A DNA stretch of 62,752 nucleotides, counting the filler, from Stramenopiles sp. TOSAG23-2 (taxonomy: Eukaryota): assembly GCA_900128395.1 (NCBI GenBank). It is 31 parts of 31 records of this genome, joined end to end, with 100 filler letters (N's around TTAATTAATTAA, not from the genome) between each part and the next. Parts side by side here need not be neighbours in the genome. Positions count along the whole stretch, not along the records: positions 12,253 to 14,189 come from LT652191.1; positions 14,290 to 16,225 come from LT652192.1; positions 16,326 to 18,260 come from LT652193.1; positions 18,361 to 20,291 come from LT652194.1; positions 20,392 to 22,322 come from LT652195.1; positions 22,423 to 24,353 come from LT652196.1; 25 more parts are not named here. The stretch is one strand, 5' to 3'. Each line of letters starts with the position of its first letter. Positions within the stretch are counted from its first letter, which is position 1. Of this stretch, positions 12,255 to 22,423 are shown one piece after another. Made by a program: the position numbers and the translations under genes. The notes beneath the pieces were generated by a model. That model saw only the letters and a program-made list of their open reading frames with translations. It had not been told where the DNA came from and ran no database searches.

Positions 12255-13373
12255 ATATCCTCTATATTGCAAGACCGTCGTACGAAGGAAAAATTTTTAG
12301 ATAAAATTTGTAGATTATCTCAACAAGGACGTTTACGAGATTTGAAAGAAGAATTATATGGGAAAACAGAAACTGTTGTATGGGCAAGATCGTTAGATGG
12401 CCGTACGGTACTACATACTGCATCATTAGCTGGGCAAGTCTCGACTGTTAAATATTTATTAAGTATAGGTGCATCGTTGGAAAAACGAGATGCGAAAGGT
12501 ATGCGTCCATATGATCTTGCATGTTTAACATTAAAGCGATCGGATGAAAATCATCCACGAATAGCACATTATCGCAAAGTTCGTGCCATGACAAGTACAA
12601 TTAGTATCTTTGAAGCTGCTAAAACTGGTGATATTGATCGTGTATTGCATTTATTATCAATTCAACCAAAACATGCAAGAGCTAGCAATGCCTATGGTAT
12701 GACAGCAATGCATTTTGCCGTATTATCTAATCGAATACAAATTGCAAGAGAACTTATGCAAGTTGGTGGTCAAAATGTATGGCATGTTCGTAACAATGTT
12801 GGGCAAACGCCACTTGATTTAGCATATGGCAAAAAAGATTTAAAAGCATTATATGATGTTGGAATGCACGATACAAAACGTAATATTGTGGAAAAACAAA
12901 TGTTGGCATATAAAAAACATTATGATGCTCTAATAGAAAAAGAGGAAGAAAATTACGTAAAAGAATATTTGCGAGGTACAACAGCAGCTGTCTTATTTCA
13001 ACAACATAATAAAAAAAATAAACAGGATATGATGCGTAAAAAAAAAGGAAGATCTATATCAAATAATAAATCTTCATATTATGGTAAAAATAAATCAACA
13101 AGAGGAGGAGGAGGAAATCCTTATGGGGTTCCATCTAAAATAAAAGCGGTAAAATCAACTGCTAGCGCACTTGATATATCAACCATTGATGGTGGAAGAA
13201 CTACAATGATACGAAGAAATAAACAACGTAATCATGGTTTTACTACGCAAACAGAAAAACGTCCATGGTGGCAAAGAAGTGTGACACATGTATTTTCAAA
13301 TGTTGATTTAGAAATGCCAGATACAAATACGATTGAATTTGATCAATATATGAAAAATCATTACAATGTGTAG
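12255..13373 (+). CDS. Ankyrin-repeat protein (5' partial)
   Basis: GRTVLHTASLAG, GMTAMHFAVLSN, GQTPLDLA. Confidence 0.85.
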   Translation: MSSILQDRRTKEKFLDKICRLSQQGRLRDLKEELYGKTETVVWARSLDGRTVLHTASLAGQVSTVKYLLSIGASLEKRDAKGMRPYDLACLTLKRSDENHPRIAHYRKVRAMTSTISIFEAAKTGDIDRVLHLLSIQPKHARASNAYGMTAMHFAVLSNRIQIARELMQVGGQNVWHVRNNVGQTPLDLAYGKKDLKALYDVGMHDTKRNIVEKQMLAYKKHYDALIEKEEENYVKEYLRGTTAAVLFQQHNKKNKQDMMRKKKGRSISNNKSSYYGKNKSTRGGGGNPYGVPSKIKAVKSTASALDISTIDGGRTTMIRRNKQRNHGFTTQTEKRPWWQRSVTHVFSNVDLEMPDTNTIEFDQYMKNHYNV

Positions 13374-14020
13374 TTTATGGGTAGGAGTGTAAAATTTTAA
13401 CCATCAATAATATATTATGTGTAAGAGAAAATTTTTTATATATTTTTTTTATTTTTAATTTTCAACACACATTTTATTTGTATGCACAGCACGCAAATTC
13501 CATGAAAACCAGAGCGCTTTTACTTTGTTAATACTAATACGTTTGTGCAGTTCACCTTAAACCTACTTTTTCGGAACGTATTGGTAGCACACAGCATCAT
13601 GGAAAAATAAAGTTTATTATTTGTAAGGACACACATCTTTCGGAAATTATGCGACCTTCTATTACAATTCTGGAAATATAGACAAAGCTGCTAGTCCTTC
13701 GAATAAGGTCATAATACTTAACATATATAATATTATACATCCTTCATCAATGTTATTTTCTTCATGGCTTGATGTTGAAATTTGGAATTTATCATTGTAA
13801 TTAATTGTTTCATACTGCTGTATTAAATCAAATAAGAAGGGAAAAGTAGATGCTAACTAGTAGCAACAGTACGCACAAACATATGTATCTTCTTCGAACA
13901 AACTAAAAACAGAAAATATTATGCAAGAGGCATGCTGTAAGATAGAACAAATATGGCAATACGTATTTATTTATACATACACACCGTCTGTAATTAATTT
14001 ATAATAATAATAATAATATC

Positions 14021-14189
14021 ATGGCATCAATTGCGTCATCATCATCATCATCACCAGTAATTTCTTCCCCGACTACTACTCCGTCTACGGTTGAAACCCT
14101 TTTTGAATGTGACGAAGAGAAATTGCAACAGGAAAAACACATGAAATTGCTGATTAAATACATAAACTTTATTGATACTAATCCTGCTT
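14021..14189 (+). CDS. N-terminal fragment of an unknown protein
   Basis: ATG after an AT-rich leader; Ser/Thr-rich start like other genes here; open to the scaffold end. Confidence 0.5.
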
Positions 14190-14661
14190 NNNNNNNNNNN
14201 NNNNNNNNNNNNNNNNNNNNNNNNNNNNNNNNNTTAATTAATTAANNNNNNNNNNNNNNNNNNNNNNNNNNNNNNNNNNNNNNNNNNNNATATAGTCCTT
14301 TTCATATACTCAGTAGATTTGTAGTGTTTGATATATTTGATAGGCAAAATTAGGTATTTTTTGTACTTGAGAGANNNNNNNNNNNNNNNNNNTCATATAC
14401 TCAGTAGATTTGTAGTGTTTGATATATTTGATAGGCAAAATTAGGTATTTTTTGTACTTGAGAGTTTGAAAAACTTTTTGCACTTTTTTCATCGAACACA
14501 ACGAAGAGCACAAGAATATGTTTTAAACTGCTCTCTTCTTTAAATTAATGGTGAAAGATACTATAAGAAGAGAAAGGTAGAGAGACATATATATATAGAT
14601 ACAATTTATTCAATAATAAATAACATTTCTTACGTTTTCACAATAGGAATTATATATAAAA

Positions 14662-15732
14662 ATGGCGTCATCAACAATAAAAAGAATATTTAGTGGAATA
14701 CAACCAACTGGTATACCACATTTAGGTAATTATTTAGGTGCTATTGTTAATTGGGTCGAACTACAAGCAATAAATAATAATAATAATAATAAACATGCCA
14801 CTGAAGCTCCTTTAATATTTTATTCAATAGTAGATTTACACGCATTAACAGTGCCAAAAGATCCTATACAATTACAAATGGATATTAAAGATTCTGCGAT
14901 AACATTATTGGCGTGTGGTATAACACCGGATGCATCAAAAAATATATACATGTTTCAACAAGGTAGTGTAAAACAACATGCAGAGCTCCAATGGCTATTG
15001 TCTACAATCACACCTATGGGTAAATTAAATCGTATGACACAGTTTAAAGAAAAAAATAATACAGGCAATGTCGATAAAGCATTATTAGGTCTCTATTCAT
15101 ACCCTATATTAATGACAAGTGATATTTTATTATATAAAACAACACACGTACCTGTTGGCGATGATCAAAAGCAACATCTAGAATTAGCACGTGATATAGC
15201 AAATACCTTTAATATACAATTTGATAAAAAAAATAATAATAATAATGGCACACCATTTTTCCCATTGCCACAAGGTATATTTCCAACGGATGATACAAGT
15301 GCAAGAGTTATGTCATTAAATAATGGTAGTAAAAAAATGAGTAAAAGTGATATATCCATCTATTCAAGAATAAACTTAGATGATGATAATGATATGATAA
15401 TGAAAAAAATTAAAAAAGCAAAAACAGATAGTTACAATGGATTTGACTTGATTATGACAAATGATAATGGTATGGAAGAGGAGAGGCCTGAAATAAAAAA
15501 TTTAATTGGTATACGTGCAAGTTTAGAAAAGAAATCGATGGAAGATGTAATCGATGATTTACATTCACGAGCCTGTGAACCTATATCTAATGAAATCAAT
15601 CGTTTACGTTCTAGCTTAGATGGTAATATATATGTTGATAATATCTTAAAAGAAGGAACAGAAAAAGCAGAAGAAATTGCAGAAAATACGATGCAACATG
15701 TTCGAAAATTAGTTGGTATATCGGCAATATAA
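14662..15732 (+). CDS. WARS2: Tryptophanyl-tRNA synthetase, bacterial/mitochondrial type
   Basis: FSGIQPTGIPHLGNYLGA (HIGH), VDLHA, RMTQFKEK, YPILMTSDIL, VPVGDDQKQHLELARD, KMSKS. Confidence 0.93.
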   Translation: MASSTIKRIFSGIQPTGIPHLGNYLGAIVNWVELQAINNNNNNKHATEAPLIFYSIVDLHALTVPKDPIQLQMDIKDSAITLLACGITPDASKNIYMFQQGSVKQHAELQWLLSTITPMGKLNRMTQFKEKNNTGNVDKALLGLYSYPILMTSDILLYKTTHVPVGDDQKQHLELARDIANTFNIQFDKKNNNNNGTPFFPLPQGIFPTDDTSARVMSLNNGSKKMSKSDISIYSRINLDDDNDMIMKKIKKAKTDSYNGFDLIMTNDNGMEEERPEIKNLIGIRASLEKKSMEDVIDDLHSRACEPISNEINRLRSSLDGNIYVDNILKEGTEKAEEIAENTMQHVRKLVGISAI

Positions 15733-16330
15733 AAAATATGCATATATATATATGATGGCGAGCACGAGTCATATTGTAAAAAAGAAACCACACACGCATA
15801 CATGATATATACATTCTTAAATGAAAATTTCAACACACTAGTGTGAGATAGATATTATTGTCTCAGTTATTGTATTCTTTTGAAGAGGAGTAGGAATTAT
15901 CATGAGTAAATTTTAAAATAAAAATTATGCGTAAATTTAAATTTATATAAAAAATAATAATAAGATATTTTTTTTATATATTATTTGGGAGACATACATT
16001 TATAAAAAAAATTATATAATTAATGTAAACACACATATATAAATATGCTACGAAGTATTATGCATATTTTAATGTATTTTACGAAGTGTGGTATTTAAAA
16101 CCCAAAAGAGATTTGCTACATTTCACACACACACAGAGCACACGCACCACACATACTATTTTATTTTTTTACTCCTGCTTCTTTCCTTTTCCTCTTTTTT
16201 CAACATCATATTGATATTTCTATATNNNNNNNNNNNNNNNNNNNNNNNNNNNNNNNNNNNNNNNNNNNNTTAATTAATTAANNNNNNNNNNNNNNNNNNN
16301 NNNNNNNNNNNNNNNNNNNNNNNNNATAGA

Positions 16331-18157
16331 TTAAGGAGCATAATTTAAAATTGCAGATTTTATTCGCTGTTTTACACGATCCTTTGATTTTGATACCCAA
16401 TTATGCCATACAATATGTGATGCAGTTGGTTTAAAATGTCCAGCTTTAATACTATTGAAACGCATCAATGCCGTAGGCTTTTTATGATAATGCGAATGTG
16501 GACGTACATGTGTTGCAACATGGCGAGGCGCCTGTACTGCAGGAACAGTTGCCTTGTCAGCAAGTTCATGTGGCGTTGTAGCACTACTCCTAGAAGCAGT
16601 CGCTCTATTCTTCGCATTAGCTTTTGTATTTTCATATTCTGGTTTCGATACATGGCTCTGAGAACTAGTATGTGCTTGCTCATTTGTTGCAGCTGCTTGT
16701 TCCGTCTTTTCTGCATTTTTACTTAAATCTAAATTTTGCACTAAATTTTCTGCAAAACGTGAATCTTTATTATCAGTATTCACACGGCTATTACTATTAC
16801 TACTAACATCTGGTATTTTATCTAAATCATTTAAACTACTATGCAATGCATTGATATCGTTGTTCTTATTACCAACCATATGTGCTTTGTAAAATGGTGA
16901 GACATCATTTGCTTGTTGTGGAAAAATTTCACGGAAACGTGGTTGAAGCGGTGCTGTCATCTTTTGCTGTTGTTGTTGAGGAGCTGGAGCGGCTGCATTG
17001 GCTACTATATTTTTTGCTTTTTGAGAGCGTTCCCATGCTTCTGCTTTTGCAATTTCATTCACTTTGCTGTATTGTCCAGGCGATCCTACTCTGCGTCCTG
17101 TTTTTGGAGTAGCAAGAACTGGTGCTGGATTTGTACGTTCACCGAACGAGCGAATACCAAATGAACTACCAACTTCTTTAGCCCGACCGTAACCAAAAAT
17201 ATTTGCGTTCATATATGCTTCTGCTTCTATTTTTGTAGCTTCATTTTGTACTTGCATATGATGACGTTGTTTGGCATGGTGTCTCATATGATGTTTCATA
17301 TGATGTTTCATATGATGTCTTAAGTGGTGCCTTAAATGGCTATGTGATTTTGCATGAACTTTTGAAGCAGTTTCTAACAAATCCATTGCTGGTTGCTGTT
17401 CTGGCACTATTTCTTGGTCTAAGTGTTGTGGCAAATTTCTAGCTATTTTATTTTTATTAATTTTATATAAGCTATTCACCGTTGCCTCAGGGCTCCATGC
17501 ATGTTGATTCAAACCACGTACATCGTTACCAACTTTTGATTTCATTTGAATTAATGATGTTGGCGCAGGGATACCGGAACTAGGAATGTTCAAATTTGTT
17601 TCCTTTGATGGAGGAGGTTGCCAGCTACTTCTTCGACTATCCATATTCATATTTGCTCTTGGCATATTTTGTTGTTGTTGTTGTTGTTGCATTTGTTGCT
17701 GAGCTAGCATGTGCTGTTGTTGCATCATTTGCAGTTCTTGTTGTTGCGGCGATGGCATATTCTGCTGCTGTTGTTGCTGCGCGATACCACCCATATTCAT
17801 CACATTATTCAACATTTGACTACCTTGTAAAGCAGCATATGCTGAACCACCAAATGGACTATTAGGTACACCACCTTGTTGTTGTGGTGGTGTTTGTTGA
17901 AAGCGCATGTTACCACCAGCAACTGCAGCTGACTGTGGAACCATAGGAGTTGCCATAGGCATTTTCGCAGGCAATGCTGATGGTTTAATGGCAACTGCTG
18001 CTGCTACTACTGCTTCTTTTTTCTTTGCATCAGGTGCTTTATTCAATAAGTTCTCAACATCATTAATTAACTCATCCGTCGTTTTCGCTTGAGCAATATA
18101 TATAGTTGTTAATATTATAAGTGTAACGATGAATATAATATTCATAATACTCTTCAT
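16331..18157 (-). CDS. Secreted Gln/Pro/His-rich low-complexity protein
   Basis: Signal peptide MKSIMNIIFIVTLIILTTIYIAQA; polyQ; HHLR/HHMK repeats; complete ORF. Confidence 0.8.
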   Translation of the reverse strand: MKSIMNIIFIVTLIILTTIYIAQAKTTDELINDVENLLNKAPDAKKKEAVVAAAVAIKPSALPAKMPMATPMVPQSAAVAGGNMRFQQTPPQQQGGVPNSPFGGSAYAALQGSQMLNNVMNMGGIAQQQQQQNMPSPQQQELQMMQQQHMLAQQQMQQQQQQQNMPRANMNMDSRRSSWQPPPSKETNLNIPSSGIPAPTSLIQMKSKVGNDVRGLNQHAWSPEATVNSLYKINKNKIARNLPQHLDQEIVPEQQPAMDLLETASKVHAKSHSHLRHHLRHHMKHHMKHHMRHHAKQRHHMQVQNEATKIEAEAYMNANIFGYGRAKEVGSSFGIRSFGERTNPAPVLATPKTGRRVGSPGQYSKVNEIAKAEAWERSQKAKNIVANAAAPAPQQQQQKMTAPLQPRFREIFPQQANDVSPFYKAHMVGNKNNDINALHSSLNDLDKIPDVSSNSNSRVNTDNKDSRFAENLVQNLDLSKNAEKTEQAAATNEQAHTSSQSHVSKPEYENTKANAKNRATASRSSATTPHELADKATVPAVQAPRHVATHVRPHSHYHKKPTALMRFNSIKAGHFKPTASHIVWHNWVSKSKDRVKQRIKSAILNYAP

Positions 18158-18362
18158 ATTGCTAAATGTAAATAAATAAATATAAATAAATATGTATATA
18201 TATTATATATATCTATATAAATAAATATGTATCAGCTACGATCTATCTATCGTGGTGTTGNNNNNNNNNNNNNNNNNNNNNNNNNNNNNNNNNNNNNNNN
18301 NNNNTTAATTAATTAANNNNNNNNNNNNNNNNNNNNNNNNNNNNNNNNNNNNNNNNNNNNAT

Positions 18363-19715
18363 CATAATGATGATGATAATGATGATGATGATGACGATAG
18401 TAATTTTGAATCACTTGATATGAAAGCACTTAAAGGCGTAGGCGAAGTTGTGACATATGAAGTACCAAATACAATATCATTGCGTGCAAAAGAATCTGCA
18501 TTAGTTGAAATTGGAAATTTCACTTTAAATGCAAAAAGAGTTTTACAATATGATCGTAAGGAAAATGAAGTAAATGCTATCAGGTGTTGTCATATCTTTA
18601 ATAACACAGATACAATCTTTGCACCTGGATCGATAACTGTAATGGACAATGGTCAATTTGCAGGACAAAGTGAGTTTGTTCCAATAATTCCAAATGATGA
18701 TGTATTAATTCCATATGGAGAAGATAGTACGTGTTCTGTTGAAAGTTCTTTGCCTAAAAAATTGCAATCAACATCTATCAGCAAAGTGGAAGCTATATAT
18801 GATGAAAGCAATGAAGGTAGCAAGAATCTAATCCGTGGATTTAATGTTGTTTACAAAGCGAAAAAGTGCACCGTATATAAAGTGAGAAACAACGCAGTGA
18901 AAAAAGATAAAACTGTAAATCACTTTTATATAGACCACACAGCTTCATACAGTCATGGTGGTTATGAAATTACGACGCAAAAGAATTGTGTAAAAAGTGT
19001 TACGGGCTTTTCAAGATTTGATCTTAAACTTCCCCCTCAAAGCGAAGTAATTTTTCCTGTGGAGGAAGAGGTACAATATCCAGTGCGTTTGATGGTGAAA
19101 TCTTCCATTGAAAATTTCTTGCGTAAATTGCCAGACAAATACTTAACAAACGAAGAAGTATTCCCAAAGAAATTATATGAAAAAATGTTGTCTATAATCG
19201 ATTTTGACGATGCAAGAGTATTATTGCAACATATATGCAATTACACAAACCATCGGTATATAATTGATACATTATATCCAACAAAAGGTTCTATGGCAGA
19301 CAAAGGTAGAAAAGCGTTGGTTAAACTTTTGGGTCCATCAAATAAAAATATTAAATTGATGTCACAAAAGATACTTGAATTGAAAAAAGCAATGAATGAT
19401 TATGAAAATAGTCAAAATCTTTGCAAGGCAAAAGAAAAAAGTATTGCAGACACATTTAAAAATCAAGAACGTTTAAGAGAAAATATACGTTCATTTGAAA
19501 AACAAGCTAACTCCAAGCTCGTGAAAAGGTATTTAAGTGATATGGATAAAGAGGAGGATGATTTAATTCGTCAAAGGAAAGAGATAAAAAAATTGGAATT
19601 GTCAAAATCACAGAAACTATATCAATTAACGGAATTGAAAAAAGTTATTAAAAATGCATCAACGGAAACTTCTACCGAATTGAAATCATTGAAAAAAACA
19701 TATCATCTATTTTAA
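18363..19715 (+). CDS. DUF4139-like protein with C-terminal coiled coil (5' partial)
   Basis: GEVVTYEVPNTISLRAKESALVEI..NNT..FAPGSITVMDNGQFAGQ..IPYGED; NQERLRENI..LVKRYL. Confidence 0.7.
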   Translation, partial: HNDDDNDDDDDDSNFESLDMKALKGVGEVVTYEVPNTISLRAKESALVEIGNFTLNAKRVLQYDRKENEVNAIRCCHIFNNTDTIFAPGSITVMDNGQFAGQSEFVPIIPNDDVLIPYGEDSTCSVESSLPKKLQSTSISKVEAIYDESNEGSKNLIRGFNVVYKAKKCTVYKVRNNAVKKDKTVNHFYIDHTASYSHGGYEITTQKNCVKSVTGFSRFDLKLPPQSEVIFPVEEEVQYPVRLMVKSSIENFLRKLPDKYLTNEEVFPKKLYEKMLSIIDFDDARVLLQHICNYTNHRYIIDTLYPTKGSMADKGRKALVKLLGPSNKNIKLMSQKILELKKAMNDYENSQNLCKAKEKSIADTFKNQERLRENIRSFEKQANSKLVKRYLSDMDKEEDDLIRQRKEIKKLELSKSQKLYQLTELKKVIKNASTETSTELKSLKKTYHLF

Positions 19716-20486
19716 AGCAGCGAAAGAGAAGAGAAGAAAATTAAAAAAAAAGAATATTTTGGATTTGTGTGATAAGATGTGTGTTAAAAAATATTTGGTA
19801 AAAATATTTTTATTTATATTTTATTTTTAAAAAATATAAAATGTGACGAGAAGTAAAAATTTAATTTTTCTCTTTGTTCTCTCAGTTGTTCAAATGCTTG
19901 TACGAAAATTCGGTACACATTTAAAATATACTGGAGCAGAATCAAGCAAAGGATAAAATATGCTAAATTTATCATTACGTACGTGTGTGTATGCATGCGT
20001 GGATACCTATTTCTAGTTTTCTTGATACTGATGATGAGTATGAATTTGTATATATATATATATACGCTGGACTTGTTGCTTTATCACCATGCGAAATTAA
20101 GCAAAGAGAACGTAAGCCAAAGTAAGCAGGCCAAGACTAACTGGTAGTGGGTTGTTGTAAACGTATTCGCCTACTGCACACAGAGCAGTCCATACAGCAC
20201 CTGCATATGTTTGAGAACCCGTGCTACCAGACGTTTCTTCTCCTTCATCAAATGCATGGGATGCATTTTCAGTGTTTCCACCTGGAGTTGANNNNNNNNN
20301 NNNNNNNNNNNNNNNNNNNNNNNNNNNNNNNNNNNTTAATTAATTAANNNNNNNNNNNNNNNNNNNNNNNNNNNNNNNNNNNNNNNNNNNNAAAAATGAT
20401 TGATTTTATATATTGTGCAAACAACCCTTTAATATTAAAAAATATATAATATATATATTACTGTTCATATATATAATATATTTATA

Positions 20487-22187
20487 TTACATACTTGCAA
20501 CTGAACCTACAATTGCTTTGCCGGCGCACATACAACTATGTTTAATTTCCTTTGCTCTTCCACCACATCTTTCTTGTTGTTTTGTTAAACGTGCTTGCAC
20601 ATCATTCGCTAAGTCTGTATATTTCAATTTTTCATAACAATTTAACAAACCACGTAATGACCATGGGTTTTCTGGATGACGACCTGGTTCCATATCCGCT
20701 AGATAAACTTCAATCGCTTCATCTACGTAATTTTGTTCTAACAATAATGCACCAAGTGCATGACGACATGGTTGCATAATACCCCACGGTTCATCATATG
20801 GTAATGCATCTTCCATTTCTACTGCAATGCGTAATTGTTCATATGCTTTTTTAAATTCGCCACAGCGATATAAAATCTCACCACGTAACATTTTTGCCTT
20901 AACAGCTAGTAATGCAGTTGCCATATTATTATGTAAACGTCGTAATTTCATTGCAGGATGTACCATTGCTTTTAAATATTTTTGCTCCTCCTCCTTTGCT
21001 AATTCAACTTTACCTAAAACAGCAAGTGAAATAGCACGTGCATATAATAATGTAGCCCATGTATAACACATCACTTCTTGACTTTTTGGAAATTCCATAC
21101 TTAATATCTCATCCCATCTTCCAAAACGTAATGCAACATGAATTTTTTGTGGATAGAAACATTCTTGTTGATCTCGTCGTACTGGAAATTCAGTCAATAT
21201 GTCTTCATTCATGAAATCATTTACCATCGTTGCACCTCTATCCGCTTCATCTTCAATACAACCAAGAATGGCACTATAAACCATCATGTGGCAATTGTGT
21301 GAAATATATGATGCATAAAATGTACCAGCATTACCACCACCTCCATTTTTTCGACATCGATAATCACTTTCCAATGCTTTTGCATTAGAATCAACACCAC
21401 TGCGATAATCACCAACCAATACATCGATATGTGTTGCCATATGTATTAAATGTCCTGCATCTGTTTTCAGATTTCTTAATACATCACATGTTGGCAATGC
21501 AGCATGTGGATCTGGAGACATTTCCATTAAATGTACATACAAATGGCATAGACCAGGATGTTTCGGCCATTTTTTCAATGCTGCCTCGATGACTGGTTTT
21601 GCTTCAGCAGCTTCTGCACTTGCTTCACCAGTTTGTAAATTCCATAACAACCATGGTTTCAACACCATTGTAGCGTCAATACGTGCAAATGCAACATCGG
21701 CATCATTTGGAAATTCATTATAAACATCAATCATGGCATTACGATATGCAACATTTAAATGTCCAGCATATTGTGATGGTGGCCATGATGAAAATCGAAT
21801 ACGTAATGCATCAACTATTGCTTTTTCAACTTTAGTATAATTTTTACCATCTGGCCCATTTAATATTTCAGTAGCTTTTGCCAACGCTTCAACTGCTGCA
21901 CGTTGTGATGGAAATTGATTGACATTTGGTCCTGCAGTTAATAAATAATAACCACTATCTTCTGAAAAATTATAATTTGGACCATTACTATATGCAATAC
22001 CCCAATATCCTAATACACATTTTGGATCACTTTCTACGCAATATTTAAAACATTTAATTGCTTCTTCATGATGAAAATCAAACATCCAATTCAAACCACG
22101 TTGAAACCAATCATTTGCTAATTGATTTGCTGCAGTGATAGAACGTGTATACGTTCCTAAATTAAATGGATATGGTTCAGTTGCCAT
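20487..22187 (-). CDS. TPR-domain protein of a bacterial/fungal-type family
   Basis: FNLGTY..WFQRGL..FHHEEA, GPNYN, HPGLCHLYVHLMEMS, GHLIHMATHID, LPYDEPWG.MQP.RHALGALL, HPENPWSLRGL. Confidence 0.85.
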   Translation of the reverse strand: MATEPYPFNLGTYTRSITAANQLANDWFQRGLNWMFDFHHEEAIKCFKYCVESDPKCVLGYWGIAYSNGPNYNFSEDSGYYLLTAGPNVNQFPSQRAAVEALAKATEILNGPDGKNYTKVEKAIVDALRIRFSSWPPSQYAGHLNVAYRNAMIDVYNEFPNDADVAFARIDATMVLKPWLLWNLQTGEASAEAAEAKPVIEAALKKWPKHPGLCHLYVHLMEMSPDPHAALPTCDVLRNLKTDAGHLIHMATHIDVLVGDYRSGVDSNAKALESDYRCRKNGGGGNAGTFYASYISHNCHMMVYSAILGCIEDEADRGATMVNDFMNEDILTEFPVRRDQQECFYPQKIHVALRFGRWDEILSMEFPKSQEVMCYTWATLLYARAISLAVLGKVELAKEEEQKYLKAMVHPAMKLRRLHNNMATALLAVKAKMLRGEILYRCGEFKKAYEQLRIAVEMEDALPYDEPWGIMQPCRHALGALLLEQNYVDEAIEVYLADMEPGRHPENPWSLRGLLNCYEKLKYTDLANDVQARLTKQQERCGGRAKEIKHSCMCAGKAIVGSVASM

Positions 22188-22423
22188 GATACTTGAAAAA
22201 TTATTTTTTAATTCACTTTTTGTTATAATTATTATTATTATATGTTTTCGTATGTATGTATGTTGATAGATAGAGAGAGGGGATGGGAATTAAATGAATC
22301 TGTGTTTATATAATATCTATATNNNNNNNNNNNNNNNNNNNNNNNNNNNNNNNNNNNNNNNNNNNNTTAATTAATTAANNNNNNNNNNNNNNNNNNNNNN
22401 NNNNNNNNNNNNNNNNNNNNNNA

